Shown: in pieces, positions 20,849 to 28,818 of the stretch
Layout of the letters: every line of letters starts with the position of its first letter
How positions within the stretch are numbered: the first letter of the stretch is position 1
Assembly (NCBI GenBank): GCA_002011125.2
Contig: MTMF02000009.1
Span: forward strand, 128,001 to 192,000
Reading direction: 5' to 3'
DNA from: Candidatus Hydrothermarchaeum profundi
GTDB taxonomy: Archaea > Hydrothermarchaeota > Hydrothermarchaeia > Hydrothermarchaeales > Hydrothermarchaeaceae
DNA: 64,000 nt
Made by a program: the position numbers and the translations under genes
Notes under the pieces: generated by a model
The model's input: only the letters and a program-made list of their open reading frames with translations
Database searches by the model: none
What the model was told of the DNA's origin: nothing

Positions 20849-20873
20849 TGATACAAAAGATAATAGAAAGAAT

Positions 20874-21464
20874 ATGAACTTTATAACGCTTGATATTGAA
20901 GTCGTACCAATTGATTTTGAAGATAAAATGGTCATAGATTATCTAATATCAAAGCAATTTACTGTAGGATTAAATCCACTTTTTGCTAAAATCATCGTTA
21001 TTGGATTAAAAGAGAATAAACAAGATCCTATATGTTACTACGGAGACAATGAGAAAGAGATCCTGCAAAAGTTTTGGGACTATTATTATGAAAAAAAACC
21101 CGAAAAAATAGTAACTTTCAACGGATATAAATTCGATGTTCCTTTTATTTATGTAAGATCGGCAATCAACGGATTGAAAAAGAAACCACTTATTGGGATT
21201 AATAGAAACAAATGGTATATGGAGGGTTCTAATCATTTTGACTGTATGTTGTTTCTTTCTGGAATGGAGAATTTCCAATGGGTTGCGAAAGATATTGCTT
21301 GTAAAATGTTAGGAATCTCCGTACCTGAAAATAGGTTAACCATAGATGAATTGTTACTAAATTACAGGAAGGGAAATTGGGATCCCATTATCCAATATAA
21401 CAAAGAAGATTTGACAATGACAGAACAATTGTATGAAAAATTATTGTATTTCGACATGAAATGA
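20874..21464 (+). CDS. DEDD/PolB-type 3'-5' exonuclease (RNase H-like)
   Basis: LDIE, TFNGYKFD, YNKED Exo I-III motifs. Confidence 0.82.
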   Translation: MNFITLDIEVVPIDFEDKMVIDYLISKQFTVGLNPLFAKIIVIGLKENKQDPICYYGDNEKEILQKFWDYYYEKKPEKIVTFNGYKFDVPFIYVRSAINGLKKKPLIGINRNKWYMEGSNHFDCMLFLSGMENFQWVAKDIACKMLGISVPENRLTIDELLLNYRKGNWDPIIQYNKEDLTMTEQLYEKLLYFDMK

Positions 21465-21722
21465 TGAACATGCCGAATCTTTTTATTGAATTTTTAAAAG
21501 ATTTTTTTAAGCCTCCTTAAATATTTCGAAAAACGTGTAGGCGAATTTTATCCGAATTTCAAAAACAAGATAAGCTTTCACCGTTTAACATTTGGGGTAT
21601 GAGATGTCCAAGGCATCCCCGGGTAAGCCTCTTGGTCAAGCTCTAGCTTTTCTTAGGCCTCGGCCACCTAGAAAGCGGCGAGGTTATTATACACTGCGGA
21701 GCTAAGAGAAGATAAAGGGGAA

Positions 21723-22031
21723 TTACTGAATCTCTTTGTACCAGGTAGAGGCCTTGTTAGGGTCTTCCTTCTCTTCCTGGCTTAGAACCTCGTCTAGGGC
21801 CCGGTATAGCTTGGCCGCCTCCCTCGGAGTCATGTGTATCCTTAATGGAGGAGGGCACAAAATCAGGCCGGATTTCATCTCTATTGAGGCAAGCTTCAAT
21901 ATGATCGTTCCCAGGTCTGAAGTCTCGTCCCTCTCAGCCTTTGCGTCCTCCACTTCTACAAAGATCATTTGCTCCACCATGTTACCTTCTCCTTGTACTT
22001 CATTATCTATTATCAATTTCCTCACCTCCAC
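21723..22031 (-). CDS. Hypothetical protein
   Basis: 102-aa ORF, divergent from RHH gene. Confidence 0.55.
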   Translation of the reverse strand: MEVRKLIIDNEVQGEGNMVEQMIFVEVEDAKAERDETSDLGTIILKLASIEMKSGLILCPPPLRIHMTPREAAKLYRALDEVLSQEEKEDPNKASTWYKEIQ

Positions 22032-22118
22032 TAATATCTTTCTACTTTATTATAAACTAATAATAAAGTAGTAAATTATTTAAATGTTTCTATCTAAAAA
22101 CTAAGAAAGGTGATAGAA

Positions 22119-22286
22119 ATGGGGAAGAAAGAAGTAAAGAAAATCATGGTAACACTAGACATGGAGCAATACAAGCTCCTGCAAAGGCTCAAAGGCTTCG
22201 GGGTCAAGGACGCTGAAAAGCTGCGTAACGTGTTTATCGCATATCTATCTGAGAAGAGCTACCTCAAAGAGGCAAGCAAAAAATAA
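22119..22286 (+). CDS. Ribbon-helix-helix (CopG-like) protein (55 aa, not in ORF track)
   Basis: KKIMVTLDMEQYKLLQRL..DAEKLRNVFIAYL; SD AGGTGA. Confidence 0.7.
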   Translation: MGKKEVKKIMVTLDMEQYKLLQRLKGFGVKDAEKLRNVFIAYLSEKSYLKEASKK

Positions 22287-22315
22287 AAAAAGAATCACCA
22301 CTAAAACCGATTCCT

Positions 22316-22486
22316 ATGTTTGGGAAGATACCCTCCAAGATACTCGGCCTAATACTTTCAACAATGGGCCTAGGCGTGATCCTACTTGTCCTTGCGCCAG
22401 AGATCTATGGAGAAATGGCCGACCTTGTAACAGGCATTATTGGAATAATCATCTTGCTTATAGGAATCTTCAAACTACTAAAATAA
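22316..22486 (+). CDS. Two-TM microprotein (56 aa, not in ORF track)
   Basis: MFGKIPSKILGLILSTMGLGVILLVLAPEIYGEMADLVTGIIGIIILLIGIFKLLK. Confidence 0.6.
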   Translation: MFGKIPSKILGLILSTMGLGVILLVLAPEIYGEMADLVTGIIGIIILLIGIFKLLK

Positions 22487-23058
22487 AGTTCCTTTTTTAC
22501 AATAATGTTTATAAAGCTATATATATTAATTAAAAAATATTTGTAAAAGGCTGTATTATGTCAAGAATAATGTAGGATAAAATTACAGAACTATAGGAAT
22601 TTGCTGGTAACAGGCTAACAGCTGAAAACCCTACTATAATATAAATATATAGTGGGCTATGGGTTCCTGCATGCTAACAAGATAAAACAATTCTATAATA
22701 TTTTGTTAACCAATGTGCCCTAGTATTTTACAAAATGGTTAACGGATAAGGCTCTTACCGTTCACTCTGGTTATTTCTTCTAACTTGTTAACTTGTGGAT
22801 GTAGCGTTTAACCGTGCTTGGCGAGACACCCGCCTTACGGGCGGTCGAGTGGAAGCCATAGCCCCTGCTATAGTACCTGAGGATCTCCACAAGCTGCTTG
22901 GCCGTTATGGGATGGTTGGGCAAGGCTTCCCACCTTTCTTAGCCCGGCATAGCTCAGGAAACCCGATGCAATGTTTAACTCCTCCTCTGGGTGGCGTGAG
23001 CATGCAGCCCCTGCAATGGCTTGGTATCAGGCTTGGCTCACAAATCTCCAAGGATATT

Positions 23059-23310
23059 TCACCACCATGCCCTAGAATGCACCAGGAAGCTAACGAGCCC
23101 TGGAGCCATGATGATCCTAGGAAGCCGTTTAAGCCGGTAACCAGTCGGCCCAGGCATGACAAGAGCAACCAGGCTTGGAGCCAGCAAGTAGTAGCATGAC
23201 AGCAGGCCAAAGGGGAAAGAAAAAGGATAGGGTGAAAGCCAAGCGAAGAACAACGAGGCCGGAAGAAGAACCCGCTTGTGTGAATGAAGGGCTACCAGGA
23301 TCGTCTTCAT
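23059..23310 (-). CDS. Hypothetical hydrophobic protein (doubtful)
   Basis: ATGA overlap with upstream ORF and GGAGG SD, but atypical composition. Confidence 0.3.
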   Translation of the reverse strand: MKTILVALHSHKRVLLPASLFFAWLSPYPFSFPFGLLSCYYLLAPSLVALVMPGPTGYRLKRLPRIIMAPGLVSFLVHSRAWW

Positions 23311-23438
23311 ATCCTCCCCTCCTTCTTCAGCTCCTTGAGCCTGGCCTTTATCTCACGCCTATACGCCTCTATCTCCCTTTTCCTCTCCTCAAGGGTAGAC
23401 GGCTTACGCTTTCTCTTGAACAACCTTGGAATCTTCAA
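23307..23438 (-). CDS. Basic coiled-coil microprotein (43 aa, not in ORF track)
   Basis: MKIPRLFKRKRKPSTLEERKREIEAYRREIKARLKELKKEGRI; TTGA overlap with upstream gene. Confidence 0.55.
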   Translation of the reverse strand: MKIPRLFKRKRKPSTLEERKREIEAYRREIKARLKELKKEGRI

Positions 23439-23899
23439 TTTCTATCAACCTCCCTCTTGATAAGTCTTTCAAGCCATGAAGATATCGGCCTGTACTCTTG
23501 GATCCTAGTATAGGTCTCCCTGTCAACCCTGCAGGCTACCACGAAGGGCTTACTCCTAGCATTGGTGCAGCGGATGCAGTACTTGGCGTTACCATGTCTA
23601 TCGCTGATGTCTTCTCCACATCTCAGGCAGCGTCTAAAAGTCAGAGGTTTACCGTGATTTCTGGTAGGGGTTAATCTATTTCTATTCGCTTCCTCTAAAC
23701 CTTGCCTACAGTTGCCTGTAGCTGACGAAATTTGACCTGTAGATGCAGCTTCTTCATCTTCCACGAGACACTTTGACAGCGGCGGCCTTCTTTGATGCTT
23801 TGGTTGCCATAGTAGGCCGCATTTCCTACATCGCAGCCTATTATTATGCTCGGCGAAGTCATTCTCCACGGGTACCAGCCTCCTTAAGCTCCTTCTCAA
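23435..23899 (-). CDS. Zn-finger protein with RHH-like C-terminus
   Basis: CRKC, CLRC, CIRC motifs; VACRVDRETY..ISSWLERLI. Confidence 0.55.
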   Translation of the reverse strand: MRRSLRRLVPVENDFAEHNNRLRCRKCGLLWQPKHQRRPPLSKCLVEDEEAASTGQISSATGNCRQGLEEANRNRLTPTRNHGKPLTFRRCLRCGEDISDRHGNAKYCIRCTNARSKPFVVACRVDRETYTRIQEYRPISSWLERLIKREVDRN

Positions 23900-23911
23900 A
23901 ACAGTAAAGTC

Positions 23912-25861
23912 TCATACAGCCCTCCATGTATCCGGCCCTCTGGGATTGTAAAGCTCTCCTTGAGTTTTCAGATATTGCAGGTCTCTATCCAACTGCTCAG
24001 AGTCTACGCCTTTTTCCACGGCCCAGTCTAACAAGTCTTGGGTTGTGAGGTAGTCGATCTTCTGTTTTCTACACTCTGACTCAATGAATATTTTAATCGA
24101 CCTATGTCTTTCCAGAGCCTCCTCATCCAACAAGCTTAAATCAGGCTTGTTTTCATCTTTTACATCTTTTCTATTCGGTTTAACTCGGTTCCAAGTTTCA
24201 CCGCTTCCATCACCGCTATCAGAGGATGGTTTACCCCCTAATTCGATGTTCTCGTTTTCGGTTACCGGTGTATAGATATATTTTTTTAAATCTTCATAAG
24301 CTAGTCTTGGATTTGAAAAATTGTTATTCTCTACATAACCAACCGAAACCGAATAGATGCTATTCAGCCATTCCTTGAACTCCTTTTCTCCAAATCTCTC
24401 CGCTAAACTCTGAAACCGAATCAAACCGAATTCATTACCGTTGTTTTCAGATTTCGGACTTAATTCATAGATATTCCTCCTTCCCTCCTTATCAACGTAC
24501 AAATAACCCCAGTCAACAAGCAAGTTAAGTTTCCGGTAAACATTATCCTGGCCAAGTCTTAATCCCAGTTCATTTGCCTTCTTAGTTACCTCTTTAACCG
24601 TGCCCTCCCCCGATTCTTTAACAGCTTTCAATAGCGTTTCAAACTCCTCATCAAGGCCGGTTATAGTAGGCTTGATCGAGTTGAGTATTGCAGACCTCAC
24701 GATCCTATAGTCCGCGAAAGTAGCGACCAGGTACTCCTCTCCCTCAATCTCTATAATGGGCCTATTCCTCTGATGCAGCAAAGCACAGGCCTGTATCAAG
24801 GCGCCTATCTTCCGAAAGTCTCTTCTAATCCTAACGTCCTGCTTTGGTATAGTCTCCTTAAGGACCCCCATATAGGGCACGAGAACCCTGTAAGGCTTCA
24901 GCGATTTCAGGGCATAGCGGATAACCCTTAGCTCTTCATCACTATTATTAGATGAACCTGGGAACATAAAGTCTCTAGCCTCGAACTCCAGTATCCTCTC
25001 GGTTTGTTCTTTAGATTCATCTAGGGTTATCGTCCACACCCTAGTTTTGAGCTCAGGATCGATTTTTTTCTCCACCTGGGTTGTAATGAAAACAGGCTTG
25101 CCCACGGTCTCGATCTCTTGGGTCTCAAGCCTCCCGTCCTCTGTCTTAACATTTGTAAGCAGCCTCAGTTTGCCCTCGGATATCCATTGTCTTAGGATCT
25201 CCACAGCCTCTTTGGCTCCCACTCCCTCACCAATCCACAGAATTTTACCGGTGATATCCTTGCCGATCCTATCAAGTGCCTTTTCTGTCACCCTAGTGTA
25301 GTATAAAACATCTTCTTCGAAGAGGCACTTGATATTGTTTACAAGATATGATTTGCCTGTACTGCTTTGAGCCAACAGGAAGCACGCCTGCGGATCAGTA
25401 TTCTTGGTTAAAAAGATAAGAAACAGCAGCAGCTTATTTTGGTCTTCTCCGACTATCTTTTTATCCAAGTACTCCTTGATTTCTCTTAGAATATAGGGAT
25501 CGTCTAGCAGTTCTTCGGCTTTGGCTTCGATCCAGTCGTCAACGTCCTCACTTTCTCCGGTGCTCTTGTTTTTTGTTTTGAATATCTGATTATACTCTGC
25601 AATTATTTCCCTTGCAATTCTTTCAGCCTCTTTTCCTCCTTCACGGCCTTTGAGGTCGAAAAGACTTTTTAAAATCTTCCGGAATTTATCTTGTACTGAG
25701 GGACGGGAGATATCGCCTAGGACGGTTTCGCCATGGACGATTTTATCCTCTTCGCCTCGGGTTACTTCGAAGGTGAACTTACCGTTGCTGTTCCAGTACC
25801 AAACTGAAAAATCTCCAAAGCTATACTCGGCTGCACCCCTATATCTTTCGCTAAGCGTCAT
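23912..25861 (-). CDS. MCM-like AAA+ ATPase/helicase with C-terminal winged helices (putative Rep)
   Basis: Walker A AQSSTGKS, Arg-finger ELKTR, sensor-2-like IRRDF, MCM-type terminal LKTQGELYNPR. Confidence 0.7.
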   Translation of the reverse strand: MTLSERYRGAAEYSFGDFSVWYWNSNGKFTFEVTRGEEDKIVHGETVLGDISRPSVQDKFRKILKSLFDLKGREGGKEAERIAREIIAEYNQIFKTKNKSTGESEDVDDWIEAKAEELLDDPYILREIKEYLDKKIVGEDQNKLLLFLIFLTKNTDPQACFLLAQSSTGKSYLVNNIKCLFEEDVLYYTRVTEKALDRIGKDITGKILWIGEGVGAKEAVEILRQWISEGKLRLLTNVKTEDGRLETQEIETVGKPVFITTQVEKKIDPELKTRVWTITLDESKEQTERILEFEARDFMFPGSSNNSDEELRVIRYALKSLKPYRVLVPYMGVLKETIPKQDVRIRRDFRKIGALIQACALLHQRNRPIIEIEGEEYLVATFADYRIVRSAILNSIKPTITGLDEEFETLLKAVKESGEGTVKEVTKKANELGLRLGQDNVYRKLNLLVDWGYLYVDKEGRRNIYELSPKSENNGNEFGLIRFQSLAERFGEKEFKEWLNSIYSVSVGYVENNNFSNPRLAYEDLKKYIYTPVTENENIELGGKPSSDSGDGSGETWNRVKPNRKDVKDENKPDLSLLDEEALERHRSIKIFIESECRKQKIDYLTTQDLLDWAVEKGVDSEQLDRDLQYLKTQGELYNPRGPDTWRAV

Positions 25862-26119
25862 TTCCCCTCTCCTCCTATGATCCGTATGCCGTGAAAAGGC
25901 ACGATCTCAATCAGCCCGGCCTCTTCAAGCTCCCTCAACAGTCTTTTGGCATCCGCCTTAGGTAAGTGATACTTCCATGCTAGCAAGCGAAAAACCTCAG
26001 GGAACCGGACTATGCCACCGCTAGTGCGGGGCAGCTTTTTAAGGTCCTCGAGAATCCGGTAGTGTAGAACTGTTAGGGGGTTTTCCTTCGTCTTTATGAG
26101 TTAGCAACGTGCTACACAT
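25858..26119 (-). pseudogene. Winged-HTH gene interrupted by +1 frameshift
   Basis: ATG 26119 with SD GGAGGTGA is +1 out of frame with AKRLLRELEEAGLIEIVPFHGIRI; homopolymer at 26076-26080. Confidence 0.6.
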
Positions 26120-26184
26120 TCTTGATCACCTCCTGAACCTCCTTCGCTCGGTGGTGCTGGCCCCTCCCCACTGGGGCCTCCTCT

Positions 26185-26373
26185 TCAGCTTCTCTGAGCC
26201 AGCTGGCTAGAAGTGACCTCACCCTTTCCACAGTCATCGCCCTCCCTAATCGGCTTAAGTGATACTAGATAAACCCCTCCTAAGTCAACCATTTCAAATA
26301 AGGCGAAGGGCACGTTTATGACCCGTTTATTCCCCATTTTTGCGATTTTTCCCTTGAATTTCACAGTCGTCAT
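26185..26373 (-). CDS. AbrB-like small DNA-binding protein
   Basis: KIAKMGNKRVINVP motif. Confidence 0.65.
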   Translation of the reverse strand: MTTVKFKGKIAKMGNKRVINVPFALFEMVDLGGVYLVSLKPIREGDDCGKGEVTSSQLAQRS

Positions 26374-26457
26374 CTTTTACCACAACCTTTTATATGTTAA
26401 CTTTCTATTATACACGTATGGAATCATCTATGTATGTTTACCATTTAAATAAGTTTC

Positions 26458-26479
26458 CATTACGTATTCATTACGTATT
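26458..26479. promoter_or_regulatory. Tandem 11-bp repeat, putative operator
   Basis: CATTACGTATT x2 between divergent regulators. Confidence 0.5.
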
Positions 26480-26504
26480 TAAAAATTAGGAGGAGAAGCA
26501 AGAC

Positions 26505-27311
26505 ATGGCTGGTTTAAGTGAAACCCGGAGAAAGATTCTCGAGCTAATATCCCAGGGAGAGGCTAAGAGGGTTAAAGACTTGGAGGAAGCCCTACAGATG
26601 ACCCGGCCAGCAGTTATCAGGCATTTAAACGAGTCAGAGGCCAAGGGCTGGATTGTTAGAGAGAAACACGGGAGGGAGACCTACTTGAGGGCCACGCCTG
26701 AGGGCCTTATCGCCTTGGGGATCCCACCTGAGGAGACATATAACGACCTGCTGAAGAAGCCCCACGCCAAGCTGGTTATACAGGAGCTGCTAATGGCTGC
26801 TAGGGTGATGACGCCAGAGGAGCTGGTGAAAAACGTCGTGGACAGGCATGGAGGCGTCATAAAAGAGGAAGCAGTAAGAGGAGCCATTGAAGACCTAGAA
26901 AAGGAGAGGATAATAGTTAAGAGAGAAGACGGCAAATTGGATATAAGTTATCTTGGCTTAGTGCTTATATCCAAGGAAGAGAACGGTTATAGCAGCCTCT
27001 TATCCATGTATTTTAAAAGACTCCTAGCTGAGGGATTCAAGTTTTACCAGGACCTGCTTAAGGGAATTATACCTCTGACTGAGAAGGCACTGGTTGTCAG
27101 CCCTGTGGATATAGTGGATGTTTTGAAAAACATGGATAAGGACCTGGCCTTATTCTTACGGAAACACGAAGCAACTATAAGCGCAGTCAAGGCCGATGAC
27201 AGTCTCTTTAACAAGCTAGAAGAGTCATTAAAGGAGTCCTTGTTCAAAAACCTATTAACCCTAGCTATCAAGAAACTACCCTCAGAGCTTCTTAAACGTG
27301 TCTGGAAATAG
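26505..27311 (+). CDS. Tandem winged-HTH transcriptional regulator
   Basis: ArsR-like N-terminal HTH (MTRPAVIRHL..KGWI) plus second wHTH. Confidence 0.75.
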   Translation: MAGLSETRRKILELISQGEAKRVKDLEEALQMTRPAVIRHLNESEAKGWIVREKHGRETYLRATPEGLIALGIPPEETYNDLLKKPHAKLVIQELLMAARVMTPEELVKNVVDRHGGVIKEEAVRGAIEDLEKERIIVKREDGKLDISYLGLVLISKEENGYSSLLSMYFKRLLAEGFKFYQDLLKGIIPLTEKALVVSPVDIVDVLKNMDKDLALFLRKHEATISAVKADDSLFNKLEESLKESLFKNLLTLAIKKLPSELLKRVWK

Positions 27312-27394
27312 ATCAAGCAAACCCTGACCCCTAGATATCTTAATAATAAGGGGTTCGAGGTCCCTATACGCTAACGTCTCAAAAAGAAGCTCTT

Positions 27395-27523
27395 TTAGGC
27401 TTTCCTTGGCGTCTTCTTCTTTACCACTGACTCAACCACCAGCGGCTCCGTGAACTCGACCTCCGTCCACTCCCCCGTGTCCGGCAACTCCTCCAAGCTC
27501 CTAGCCTTAACCTTCTTCATCAT
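27395..27523 (-). CDS. Hypothetical microprotein (42 aa, not in ORF track)
   Basis: MMKKVKARSLEELPDTGEWTEVEFTEPLVVESVVKKKTPRKA; GGAGG upstream. Confidence 0.4.
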   Translation of the reverse strand: MMKKVKARSLEELPDTGEWTEVEFTEPLVVESVVKKKTPRKA

Positions 27524-27645
27524 AATACTACTTCGCCCTCCTAACGTATAAATCCTCCTCAAAAAGAATTAGGAAGAGGCACACTAGAGAACTCCTTTGA
27601 CGGATAAGCTTTAAACGCTGAAAAAAACCACTTATTTTCTCGTAA

Positions 27646-27984
27646 ATGAAAGAAAAAAACTATAAGGATACGGTAAAAAAGAAACTGAAGAAATACCAGA
27701 AATCTGATATAATAATCACTAAACATGCAAAAATACAAGCCGAAAGGAGGGGGATTAGCTTAGAGGAGGTAATAGAGAATGTTACAAACCCCAAGAGGCT
27801 GGTCTTTGCTGGGAAACAAGTAGCAATGAGACCTAATGAAGAAAAATATGATTGCTATTTCGGTTATAGCAAAACCCAAGCACACCGATATATTTTAGTA
27901 TTAAGTGATAAGGTTATTATACCTACTGTGATAAAAATTAATAGAAGATGGCAACATAAGGTTGAGAAACATGCGAGATTTTGA
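27646..27984 (+). CDS. DUF4258-like (RelE/BrnT-fold) putative toxin
   Basis: IIITKHAKIQAERRGIS..VI.TVI; paired with DUF2283. Confidence 0.7.
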   Translation: MKEKNYKDTVKKKLKKYQKSDIIITKHAKIQAERRGISLEEVIENVTNPKRLVFAGKQVAMRPNEEKYDCYFGYSKTQAHRYILVLSDKVIIPTVIKINRRWQHKVEKHARF

Positions 27985-28333
27985 ATTTAGTTATGATGAA
28001 GAAAATGATGACCTTTTTTTATTTAGAAAAGATGTTAAATCTAAGGGTAGCATAGAATTCGGGAACCTAGTATTAGACTTTGACAATAAAAAGAACCTAG
28101 TAGGGATACAGATAATGGAGGCGACTGAGTTCATATGTGAAATAACCGGCTGTGATAAGAAACTGGCTAGGAATATATTGGTTAATTTGAAAAAGAGCCA
28201 AGTTGAGATAAAGCTGCATAGAAATATGATAATATTCAAGATCTTTCTTTTTAGTAAGTTCGAGGAGAAAATGCAGATCCCTATAACATTACCAAATATT
28301 ACCTCGCCAAGCCCTGCACTAATCTATACTTGA
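27971..28333 (+). CDS. DUF2283 putative antitoxin
   Basis: YDEENDDLFL..LVLDFD...LVGIQIMEAT. Confidence 0.8.
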   Translation: MRDFEFSYDEENDDLFLFRKDVKSKGSIEFGNLVLDFDNKKNLVGIQIMEATEFICEITGCDKKLARNILVNLKKSQVEIKLHRNMIIFKIFLFSKFEEKMQIPITLPNITSPSPALIYT

Positions 28334-28387
28334 TTTTGGCGCTATTTCAAGAATTGCATAAAGCTTTATGGAGGTTAGGATTCCCCG

Positions 28388-28609
28388 ATGTCTAGCATGA
28401 GGTTTGACGTCGAGCTAACCCCCGAGCCGGAGGGCGGCTACACAGTCGTCTGTCCTCTAGTAAAAGGCGCTGTCTCCTACGGTAAAACCGTAGAGGAAGC
28501 CCTAGACATGATAAAAGACGCCATCGAAGGCATCCTAGAGGTCAGGGGCGAATTAGAGAAGTACGCCCCAATAGAGATAGGTGAATACAAGGTTAAAACC
28601 ACTGTCTAG
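28388..28609 (+). CDS. hicB: HicB-family antitoxin
   Basis: EGGYTVVCP..G..SYGKTVEEAL.MIKDAIEG. Confidence 0.85.
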   Translation: MSSMRFDVELTPEPEGGYTVVCPLVKGAVSYGKTVEEALDMIKDAIEGILEVRGELEKYAPIEIGEYKVKTTV

Positions 28610-28818
28610 GGGTCGTGTTCAAGGAACTCTCTGACGCTTATCCCCGCCTCTCTTATTATCGCCTTGATCGTGCCCCTCGGTATCTCTCTATGATATGGCA
28701 CCGGCACTATCACGCCTCCTCTCCGCATGATGTAGTGCTTCCCTACCCTTGCTATCGTGAAGCCCAGCCGCCTGAGGGTTGCCACGATGTCCTTGCCTGA
28801 CTTGGATTTAAGTTTCAC
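28606..28818 (-). CDS. hicA: HicA-family toxin
   Basis: LRRLGF..RVGKH..VPVPYH.EIPRGTIKAIIREAG. Confidence 0.85.
   Translation of the reverse strand: MKLKSKSGKDIVATLRRLGFTIARVGKHYIMRRGGVIVPVPYHREIPRGTIKAIIREAGISVREFLEHDP

Noticed and set aside
22795-23210. ORFs 22795-23199 (+) and 22905-23210 (-) as genes
   Set aside because: Pro/Cys/Trp-rich non-protein-like composition, mutually overlapping, expected by chance in a GC-rich tract
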